A DNA stretch of 64,000 nucleotides from Takakia lepidozioides (lineage: Eukaryota > Plantae > Bryophyta). The notes beneath the pieces were generated by a model. It was not told the DNA's origin. It saw only the letters and a list, made by a program, of their open reading frames with translations, and did no database searches. Of this stretch, positions 38,601 to 48,490 are shown in pieces (positions within the stretch are counted from its first letter, which is position 1; every line of letters starts with the position of its first letter). The stretch lies in NCBI GenBank assembly GCA_030704615.1, contig CM060734.1, forward strand, positions 38,502,001-38,566,000, in the 5' to 3' direction. A program made the translations under genes and the position numbers.

Positions 38601-40284
38601 CCGTGTACTTTCTTATCCCCAGATCTGCACCCAGGTGGCTCTGGTTGAACAGTCGATGGTGGACAATAAGAGGCAAGCAGAGCTTGAACTTGAAGCCAAG
38701 CAGGCTAATCTGACGAAGCGTCTACAGGAGATCTCACAGCGTAACCATCAGGTTGAGGAGATTTCCCTGTTACTTTAGTCTACTAAGAGGTGACAAATCA
38801 GTTTTGCAAGGACTGGTGTAAAACGGTCTCACGTTTGCTTTGTATATGTGCAGGAAATAACTGGTATGAAAAGAAAGTATGAAGCTGAAAAGAGGGAGGC
38901 TGTATCAACAGAAGTCAAAGCAGCCCAGCAGGTGACCAAGGAGGCTTTGAAGGAGAAGCAGAGGCTTGAGGATGTGATACAGGACCTACAGAAGAAAATA
39001 CAAGTAAGCGATTGATTCCCTCCCATCTGCATGCTCACTGTTTGTACCTTTTTTTGAAGTAGGTTTATATGCTGCATTTCTAAGGAAACATCCGCGGACG
39101 TTATAAAGCACCATTTCATTTCATTTATCGCACATTATAAAGTACCATACCATTTCATTTCATTTCATTTATCCCAGCATGGCACGTGTTGACTGTGGTA
39201 GAAGCTAACATGCTGGAAGTCAAGCAGCAGGTTGAGCTTCAACCTGAAGTGAAGCAGGCAGAATTTCATACTTATCTAGAAGAGATTTTACAGTAGGGCA
39301 AGCAGGTAACTAGCATAAATACACTCTACGGAAAAGTGAAGTAGTGAGAAAGTAGGGGGTGAAGTTCTTCTAGATCTAGCCAATGTCTTTGTTATCCTAG
39401 CTCAAGACAATTTTGAGGGTGATGCTTGCAGAGACCTAGTCTCCGTCCTGCTGACATGCCCATGTGTTTCCTACATATGCTAGTCAGAGAGCTACATCCT
39501 GCCCCTTCCACTCTTTGTGTGACAGGCAGTGCAACCACAGCTACTTGCCACATCTGTGTTCTGAGCATTGTTCGTGTAGGATGTCAATGACAAGATTATA
39601 CTCACACCGTCATTTTCTATTTTGGAAATACCTTAAGTTTAGTAAAAGTTTCTGTGGCAGGTTACACAGTTTTCCCAGCACAAAGTTGCAGTTAATTATG
39701 ATGGAAGGAAGACTCGGGCAAGAAAGGAGCGGCATACAGTTATCGAGCAACAGGCTCAACCTGAAGTAAGGTCAAACAGGGGAAAAGGGCATGCCCGTAA
39801 GAAGGCGAGGCTGACTGAAGACATTTATCTGGTAAGTTACAGCTTGTTATGGCCTAAGAACTCTTGCAATAATCACTCTGGAGCCTTCACATAGCAACCA
39901 TCAGTTTTTCATGTCTTTTGGGTTCAGCAGGAAAAGTACCCTGAGGCTACAAGTCCACGAAAAATGAAACATGAAGCCCATTAGCAATTTGAGACCTCAA
40001 TTTCTGCTGTCCATGCTGATCACACAGTGACTCTTGTCTTCCTTGTTCAATGAGTTGACAAACAAATATGCCTTCTTTATTATTTCACCTATCAAACTCT
40101 CTGGCCCAGATAAAATGTGGTTGTATGATATAGTCCATACCCACGTAGTTGTTGTCCAATTGTTCCCTGATCTCCTCTTTATATTTGGCAGCAAGAGGCG
40201 AGTAATTGCCCACCTGTGGCAGCTCTTGGGAAATTCGTACCTGTGGATGCATTTGGAATCGCTGATGACCCCTACAATTTCTGA
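32683..40284 (+). CDS. ZYP1: synaptonemal complex transverse filament protein ZYP1-like with an amplified coiled-coil exon array
   Basis: N-terminal FTQLRLTAEKMMQDQACVQTELK and [30 protein letters not shown] match ZYP1 hallmarks; repeat module matches the ZYP1 KQLELSRHLKELSQRNDQ/AINEIRRKYDVEK segment; C-terminus ADDPYNF*. Exons 32683-32854, 33068-33117, 33258-33465, 33639-33764, 33862-33960, 34163-34644, array 34747-39003, 39661-39831, 40192-40284; alternative in-frame ATG at 32632. Confidence 0.85.
34645..39305 (+). repeat. tandem intron-exon array within ZYP1 (three subfamilies, periods about 341, 490 and 605 bp)
   Basis: A exons (129 nt) start at 34747, 35089, 35429, 35813, 36304, 36808, 37416, 38017 and 38623; B exons (153 nt, last one 150) start at 36074, 36564, 37130, 37733, 38338 and 38854; degenerate A copy at 39178-39305. 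Confidence 0.92.
39091..39170 (+). mobile_element. two stacked RTE-X-like 3'-end insertions in a ZYP1 intron acceptor tract
   Basis: TCCGCGGACGTTATAAAGCAC(CATTT)3 followed by ACATTATAAAGTACCATAC(CATTT)4; each runs into TTTATC. Confidence 0.75.
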
Positions 40285-42213
40285 TTTATGTCATTTCCAG
40301 TTCTCTGTTCCATTGTTCCTTTATCATTCATGCCCAAACACAACTGGTAGCCGCTAGCTTCGGACAAATACAGTAGCTTTGTTGACGATGTAGGCTATAT
40401 TTTGGTCATGCCTCAAAACCCTCGTGAGATGAATTGGTTGTAATATTACGTATTATAATAATTTTCTGGTGCTATTGTCTCCCTTGTGCTTGAATTCAAA
40501 AAGGGTGCAAGGTAGGAAGGTTCCCAGGCATTTCAAATGGAGCTATAAGCATTAGTTGTCAATACCAGTGGGACTCTTCAGTGGGAGTCCATGGGAATGA
40601 CTTGAAGCGGTTTCTATGGTCCAAGACCAGGATTACAAGCGAGGAGGATGCCCCGGGCATAGTGGTCTTCAAGTGATCAGAGTAATAGGTCATGATCAAT
40701 GAATGCTACATTTCGCATGCCTAGCTTCGCAACTGGGCCTATTTGAACAAGGTAAAGGTTGCAGAAGTAGGTTAAAATATGGGAGCAAGATTGTGCTTGA
40801 GCCAATTTATTTCATCTCGTCACACGTGAAAGACGGGGCAGCTGCAGTGGATGGACTGTGTATTTGACTGAGGTACAGATTAGAACTGATAGGTCCTTGA
40901 CTTGAAAAGAACTGAAGAGCTGTCAACAGCTTCACTAGTTCGATGCCAGTGCAGAGGATTAGAAAAATAACAAAATTCAAATGAAATCTGATACAATTGA
41001 AGGTCAGCACAGTGTACCTGTCCAGAAAGTGGAACTTGCTTCTGTTAGAACTTTCCATTCGCCACTACACAAATGCCTCTGGATTTTTCCTTGGTCATGC
41101 TGTCAATACTAGTGCAATTCTCAAAGTCCCGCACTTGTCCAGACCCATGCTTTTCCCCTGACAAAGAAGACCTCCAGGGAGGTAGTCTCGCCGCCACAGA
41201 CTAACCCTTTTGTCCAGCCTCACAAGGTAAGAGTCTTTTCAGAAATGAAAGCAGATTGCAAATGCAGTGCCTAGGAACGTGGGCCTACATCTGTGAGGTC
41301 TTCAATACATGCTCTGGCTCTTAGTTTTTTTCTGAAGTTTTTTTGTTGCTGTTGCAGTGCAACAGGTTTTGTGCTAGTAAAATATAAAACTATATCCACT
41401 GAAACTCTACTTGCATGAAGCAGATTAAAGAGCGCCACTGACTGTACATCTTACAGTAATTGCAGATCTCCAGTTCATGTTCCAACCATATAACAGTCCG
41501 CTTGTAAGTTGTAAAACTGATGTAAATGTCATGGTTGGAGCAGTCTGTTTATTTACCCGCCCACAATGTGATCCGTTGTCAGCCTAATGTGGATTAGTTT
41601 GAAGATCTGCAATGCATTTCTCCAGTTACGTAACAGTACACAGTTCATGGCGGATCGCCGGTTACTTCCGTCTCAAAATGACATACATGCCAAAGTTGAA
41701 GAAGTTTCTATCAGATTTATGAATCCGTTAACTAATTCCATGACAAAAACGCTCCATTTGAAGCATGAATTTCAAAGTGCTTGCACCCCTGCAATCTTGG
41801 TTCGACCTTTGTTGGAGCAACGGAAACCAACTCTACAGGACAAGGGCCAGGGACTCCAGCAGCTCAAACAGCAACGAACGGCATGGCCTTGAAGACATAA
41901 TAGTCTTAGCAGATGCAACAATCAACCCTCATGCATTCCACTTTTAAGTCCACAAGAATTCCCCAAATGCACTCATAAACAATGGATGACAGACACCGCT
42001 CTTAACCAAACCATTACTGTATCAACAAATCCTTGTAGTTACATCACTCATAAGTGTACGGGTATGTAGTCTACAAAGCGTAGCGGTGATTTTTGAAGCC
42101 ATTAGCTACACAAAGCTCTACAAAAGCACAAAAACATGGCATTGTCATTTCGAAACTTCTCTTGATGTTTGGTCGACATGGCGTTCCACAAGTACCCGGA
42201 GTGATGCCAAAAC

Positions 42214-42879
42214 TCAAACATTTGGCTGCGGAGTAAGGCGGATGTAACCCTTGCCAGATGGCACCGACACGCTCTCAAATCCCTTCGGAAACTTCGCCTT
42301 GGCAGCCTCATCAGAGAGTGAAGGAACTACCATGCACTTGTCACCTTGATTCCAGTTGACCGGGGTAGCAACACTGTAATTGGCCGTGAGCTGAAGCGAA
42401 TCAATAACCCTCAGTACCTCATGGAAATTGCGGCCCGTGGTAGCAGGGTACAGAATGGACAGCTTGAGTTTCTTGTCTGGGCCAAACACATACACAGCCC
42501 TTGCCGTTAATGGGATTCCAGCAGCATCTTGTTCATCGGGGTCAAGCATTCCGAACTTGACAGCCAGCTCGCGCTTCGGATCTGCAAGGATGGGGTAACC
42601 GATTGTAGCACCAGGTGTGTAACTTTCTATATCAGCAATCCATCCCTTGTGTGACTCCACATCATTGCAGCTAAGCGCGATCACCTTTACCCCCCGCTTC
42701 TCAAACTCTGGCAAGAACTTGCCCACTGCTCCGAGCTCCGTGGTGCAAACCGGCGTGAAATCGTTGGGATGTGAGAAGAGAATGGCCCAGGATCCTTCAA
42801 TGTACTTGTGAAAATTGATCGGCCCGTGCGTCGATTCGGCAGTGAAGTCCGGCACGGTGTCTCCCAGCTTGAGCGCCAT
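42214..42879 (-). CDS. PER1: 1-Cys peroxiredoxin (rehydrin-like), intronless
   Basis: LFSHPNDFTPVCTTELG active site, LYPATTGRNF and VATPVNW; 221 aa from the ATG at 42879. Confidence 0.95.
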   Translation of the reverse strand: MALKLGDTVPDFTAESTHGPINFHKYIEGSWAILFSHPNDFTPVCTTELGAVGKFLPEFEKRGVKVIALSCNDVESHKGWIADIESYTPGATIGYPILADPKRELAVKFGMLDPDEQDAAGIPLTARAVYVFGPDKKLKLSILYPATTGRNFHEVLRVIDSLQLTANYSVATPVNWNQGDKCMVVPSLSDEAAKAKFPKGFESVSVPSGKGYIRLTPQPNV

Positions 42880-43060
42880 CGCAACCACTCAATTCTGTTC
42901 CTCCTGCCTCTCAAGACGAGCTATGCTATGGATCGCCTGCCCTCTTTGCAACTATGTGATCTGCCTCTGCCTTCGTCTCTCTCGATGCACTATGACCTCA
43001 CGATGAAAGCACGGGCCGCTTTGGTCCTTATGAGGAGCTTTCGAGGAATGCTCGCGGCCT

Positions 43061-43067
43061 ACGTGTC
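43061..43067. promoter_or_regulatory. ABRE (ACGTGTC) upstream of 1-Cys Prx
   Basis: canonical ABRE about 180 bp upstream of the ATG; plant 1-Cys Prx genes are ABA/desiccation regulated. Confidence 0.45.
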
Positions 43068-43598
43068 TACGTTTCACCCGTTGAATCCCTAACATCCGAC
43101 GATCCATAGAAAATATTGAATGTAGTCAACAGAAACATATAAAAATGGACTGAAATAAAAAAATTCGTCGGTGATCATTATCCACATGACTCCCACTACG
43201 GTAGTCTGATTTCTATTTTTATTTTTATTTATTTTTAGAAGGAGAAAGAGACCGAAATTGCTTTTCAAAGAGATATATATATGTACTAGAGAACGCGCCC
43301 CCTAGGGTGCATTCTGGCACCTAGTTCGTCCCTAGGTCTCGGCTGGCGCAATCCCTGGCGTAAAGTAATTTTGGGGGCAGATTATGAGGCCTGTGATTGG
43401 CTAGCCTGAGCCGCTGAAAGTCAAACTGCCGACTATGAATGCATAACCGAGGTTTGGAGGCAATTTGCCTATGTGGCAGCATTTAATTTGTCCTGGACAG
43501 GCTTGTCACCCGCCATAGCTCACCACCGCAAGCCAATACGTCCAGAAACCTCGGTTATGTCCCCTAGCTCCAGGGTGTAGCCCGAGCAAGGTAGTAAC

Positions 43599-45541
43599 CA
43601 ATGTTGGGGTATATTGATTATTACCCTGATATAGCCACCGGGTATATCAGGGTATATTGATATATATATATATACCCTGGTGTGGCAAGTTTAGGTACTT
43701 GCATGTATACCCTTATATTAGGGTATATTTCTAGGATATACCCTTATCCTTATATTTACCCTCCATCAAAGACGTCCAATATACCCTACTTTTCTGAAGG
43801 GTATATGTTAAAGTGAAGGGTATATCTAATCATGGCATATAAGGGTTAGGAATTAGGATATAATTGAGGCGACTTTAATAAATGTAGCTATGCTAAGAGC
43901 CACGAAATCACTTCTTCTCGATTTCGTAATCTAGTGTTCTCTATTTCTTGTTTATGTCGTTTATGTCGACGAATTTCTTCAGTTCACGAGTATGGATAAA
44001 GAGCGAGTATGTCATCGGCAATACCATTCGTGGGCAGCAAATGGATGGCCACTTTCTTGACGTAGAGGAAACCCTGATATCGATAAACCTTATAGGTAGG
44101 GATTTTTTGGGGACATTAGACTAGTGCCCTACAACCTTTATGTGCTAGGTCTTCTTTCTTTTTGTTTTGTTATTAGGGAGCCTTAAGCTATAAGAAAGCT
44201 CCAATCACAGCTAAAAAAAATGGTACGTATCTATCATTCCTAAAATGTCATATAACCCAAAGAAAATCTCTTCAAATCTCATATATACCTATATATGTAT
44301 TTAATTAATTAATTGATAAAAGGTCTGAGGTGGATCTGAAAATATAATGATGAGGAAAAAATAACCTCACATGACAGGCCATGGAGGCTGAGAAAGGGGA
44401 CACTGTCCCGTAACCTTTTTTTCTTTTTTTTTGGTTGGTGAACAAGGACAGTGGCCCTAGGTAGACGTATTGGAGGGAAAAAAATTAAAACCCTCGAGTA
44501 AACCATGAGGCACACACACCGATGTCAGTGAATGAAGAACCATACTACTCCCTCCGGAGTAATTTCGGTCAAGCTACATTGGGTAGCTCAAGCCTAACTC
44601 ACTAGTATTGCCTCAATAATTGCTAGATAACCTTGTGCTCTGAAGCCTCGGCTCCTGCATCGCAGGAAGGTGATTGCTAGTAAAATACAGGTATTCATCA
44701 GCGAAAATGGAGCCTGGATGGCTTGACGGCGTCCTTGATATGTTTCCAATTCAATTGCAGAGGTGAGGTTGCACCAGCGAGGCGGAGGCTGCTTGTTCCA
44801 TTCATATTGGTCCACTAAAGTGCTGGTGCAGATGATGCCTCCATGTGCCCAGGTAGATACACAGGCGTGGTGCAATTGACCTGCATTCCAAGGGGCTTGT
44901 AGAATAGCAGCACGGAGTTTGATCCATGTTTTTCTCGCTTCTATTAGAAGGTCGTAATAGATAGCTGATAATAGTGTGGAGATAGAGCAGGTTGTCCCAG
45001 AGAATGTTCTCTTGCATCGTTAAATATGCTTTAGTGTTGCACATTGAAGGGTGTCTAGATCTGGGCAATCCCTTGCTTTCTGCTTTGTTGATTGAACGTT
45101 GTTCAACAGAATGGGGTTCAAGGGTTGAGTATCCCAGGAATGGTAGAATTATATTTTTTGAATCTCAAACCTCCTTCCTCTTGCATTGGGAATTAAACCC
45201 AAGTATTATGCAATATATCTCATCAATTTTCTCTTTTACCATAGATTGTTTCTTTTGTTTTGTATTGGAAAACATCGTAATTTTAAATAACCATTAAATT
45301 ATAAATTAATTGAAATAACTATCCATACCCGGAAACTATTCATACCCTCAAGGTATATTTTGGCATATATATCTTTACCCGGAGGTTATATAGAAACTGA
45401 AAAGTTAATTTACCCATATCCAGAGGGTAAATAAAGTCTCGAGATTTCAATTTATCCATACCCGGAGGGTAAATGATTTGACAAAAATAATTTACTTATA
45501 CCCTAATGGTATGTTGAAATAAATATGCCCGCCCAACACTG
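43599..45541. mobile_element. hAT-family non-autonomous element (1.9 kb)
   Basis: termini CAATGTTGGG / CCCAACACTG; perfect 8-bp TSD GTAGTAAC (43591-43598, 45542-45549); TACCC/GGGTA subterminal repeats. Confidence 0.85.
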
Positions 45542-45693
45542 GTAGTAACAGCCTGAGTTGATAACGCTAATGAGTCACCTCTATTTGGATAGGCTACTTA
45601 TCTGTGATAGGATTCAAGGGTGGCAACGCAATCCTCAAACGGCTCTTTCAATTGAATTTGTTGGATCTTGAGAATATGACAAGAGGAAGGGGA

Positions 45694-46150
45694 CAATATA
45701 TGAAGCGAGGCAATTTGTTTGTTTGTTTTGTTTGTTTTGTCGCATTGAGATGTCCCAAACCGCGGCCCAGTTAGATGGGCCTCGACCTATGACACGCACA
45801 TGGGAGACGTACTTGGATACATAGGAGATTGCACTTGGGCTTAGATGACATTGGACACTTGGTCCTCTACACGAAAGATGCACTTGGATACATAGAAGAT
45901 TGCGCTTGGGTTTAGATGGGCCTCAACAAAGGAGACGAACATGGGAGACGTCCTTGGATGCATAGAAAATTGTACTTGGTTTTATTATATATCAATTCTT
46001 CACACATGGGCCAACGGCATAGGCTACACTAGAGGTTGCACTTGGGCCTCGACATAGGAGACGCACTGGGTCTTAGATTTCAATTCTTCACACATGGGCC
46101 AACGGCACAGGCCACCCTAGAGGTCACACTTGGGCCTCGACATAGGAGAC
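45694..46150 (+). mobile_element. Helitron-family element (same family as 3022-4993) with duplicated 3' ends
   Basis: CAATATATGAAGCGAG plus TTTG tract; GATTGCACTTGGGCTTAGAT repeats; GGGCCAACGGCAYAGGCYACMCTAG occurs twice (ending about 46032 and 46120). Confidence 0.6.
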
Positions 46151-46164
46151 GCATTGGAATACAT

Positions 46165-46960
46165 ATGGAACGCAATGATCGCAAGATTTGCCCAACAGGG
46201 TCACGGGATGGAGGCTTTGGATACCTATGACCACATCTTATCAAACATTGCCTTTGCATCTTCGATGGACCCACATTTGGCATACATGTCCACGAGGGTA
46301 TTGTTCAGAATCACATATGGTACAATTCCAGTTTTGGCGATGCCACCATGCACCTCTTTGCCCTTTTCCAGGGCTGCCAGGCTTGCACAAGCATTGCAAA
46401 CGCACACAAACATGATGTGGTTGTCTTCCCCCATCAATTGCTCATACGTCTCCATGGCCTCCATCCCGCGCCCCTGCTATGCATATCTTGCAAGCATCGC
46501 GTTCCATGACACCACATCTCATTCAGCCATAGTGTTGAACACTCCTTTCGCATCCTCAATGCTCCCACATTTGGCATAAATGGCCACCAGGGCGGAGTTC
46601 AGAATGAGTACAGTTCCAGCTTTGACAATGTCACCATGGACCTCTTTGCCCTTTTCCATGGCATCCTCGAGAAGTTGATTGATGATATAATATTACTAGA
46701 GGGAGGTGCATGAGGTAGGGACTTACCAATCTCTCACCAACCGCTTGCTTTCCACCACGACACCACATCTCGTTCAGCCATAGTGTTGAAAACTCCCTTC
46801 GCATCCTTAATGCACCCACATTAATTTGGCATACATGTCCACCAGGGCAGTGTTCAGAATGACATCTGGTACAATTCCAGCTTTGACGATGTCACCATGG
46901 ACCTCTTTTCCCTTTTGCAGGGCTCCTAGGCTTGCACACGCATTGTAAACACCAACAAAA
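46165..46960 (-). pseudogene. PLS-class pentatricopeptide repeat gene remnants
   Basis: FVCVCNACASLAALEKGKEVHGGIAKTGIVPYVILNNTLVDMYAKCGSIEDAKAMFDKM plus two further disrupted copies; + strand WNAMIARFAQQGHGMEAL piece at 46165-46230. Confidence 0.85.
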
Positions 46961-47902
46961 ACATTATCATTGTGAATTTTTTAAGCTGCCCGGAGAAAAA
47001 CCTGAATTTTGAAGATCTTTTTGCAAATATGCTCTAATAGTGCTTTCTTTCTTTCTTCAGCCACGTCATCATCGTCATTTTATAAGCTGCCCAAAAATTA
47101 AAACTGAATTTTGAAATTTTGTTTTGCGAATTTGCTGTAGTATCTCTTTGTTCATTTCTTTTGTTACTTCACACATTCAATGTAAGTGTTCTCCCCCCTC
47201 CTCAAGGGCCGGAAGGGTGGGCTGTCACTCCAAGGTTTCCTTTTGAAGAAAAATAAAAATAAAAATAAAAAATGTAAGTGTTACAACACTTTTGGATATT
47301 AATTATGATGAAACAAGGGGTGCCCAATTTTTGAAACCCTCACAAAAATTTCAATTCTTTGGTTTTGTGGTGAGCACATTACAATTTACTAATATATTAC
47401 GATAATGTATATCTATCATAAATTTGAATAATAATAGCTAATGAAATGTCAAAAATCTTATCGTTGAATTTTTGTCCCTTGTCCATAGATCTATTAATTT
47501 ATTACTAAAATACGCATCAACCAAACTCTATGATAGATATTATGTACATCTATTGTCTGTACATCTATTTAGTCTCTATGTTTAAAAATTTTAAATTTAC
47601 TTGTTAAGATTTTGATTTAATTATTTTTTGTAAAACCCACCTTTTATAGGAGCCGTACCTATAAAATGAAGTGGTTCTTAATTACGTCAGATCTAACCCT
47701 GAAGGAGCCTGAATCCCACAAAATACCATCAGATTTGTACCTCAGTTGGATAGAGGGTTGCATGACATCTTGTGGCTCAGTGTTCAACATGGTATGGTTC
47801 CGTGGCCTTGGTTCATAAATGACAGGTGGTTACTCCTTGTTTCTGCTTGTTTCCCTTTTAAGGAAAAAAAACATAAACACCCGCTCACAAAATTTCCATT
47901 AA

Positions 47903-48490
47903 ATGAATGATTCCATGTTTGTTGATGATACCTTTCTGCTCCTAGATGCCACCCCCACAACTCTAGCAGTGGCTGAACAAACTCTTGCGCAATTTTGTGC
48001 CATGTTTAGGTTTAGAGTAAAACTGGTCCAAAACAAAAGTGATACTTGTGGGAGACTCCTCCAAATCCACCATTGGAGTGACCCCCTCTTGGGGGAGCAA
48101 CTTTGGATTGGAGTGAGCCTACAACTCTGTTGGGGCACATCTTTGGCAAGGATCTCACCGACGATCAAAGGATGGGACCCATCATTGCTAGGCTGAAACA
48201 AAGTTTGGCATATTGGGGCTCCCGCTTCCTATCTCTTACAGGTAGAGTGCTCACAACGAACCAAATTCTAGAAGCAGGGATTTGGTTCTTTGCTTCAATT
48301 CAGACTTTATCAATGAGGCAAAGAGATGTGTGAGAAACTTCATCTGGGGAGCAAATAGCACCACCCAAAACATACAACCCTAGGTCTCTTGGAGGCAGAT
48401 CTGCCAACCAAAAAAGAAAGGGGGTTTAGGAATATTAGACCCCGAAATGCAAATCCAGGCGCTCTTGGGGAAATGGCTGCCTAGTGGAAG
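47903..48490 (+). mobile_element. L1-type LINE ORF2 fragment, 5' part (interrupted by the LTR element)
   Basis: SMFVDDTFL RT motif, LSLTGRVLTTNQIL and VSWRQICQPKKKGGLGI; frameshifted. Confidence 0.8.

Noticed and set aside
40800-41950. Exon-like pieces and short ORFs downstream of PER1
   Set aside because: Splice-like signals exist but no consistent ORF or homology; may be UTR or lncRNA
43284-43315. Minus-strand Helitron 3' end (hairpin plus CTAG|T)
   Set aside because: The hairpin abuts CTAG directly and no matching 5' end was found
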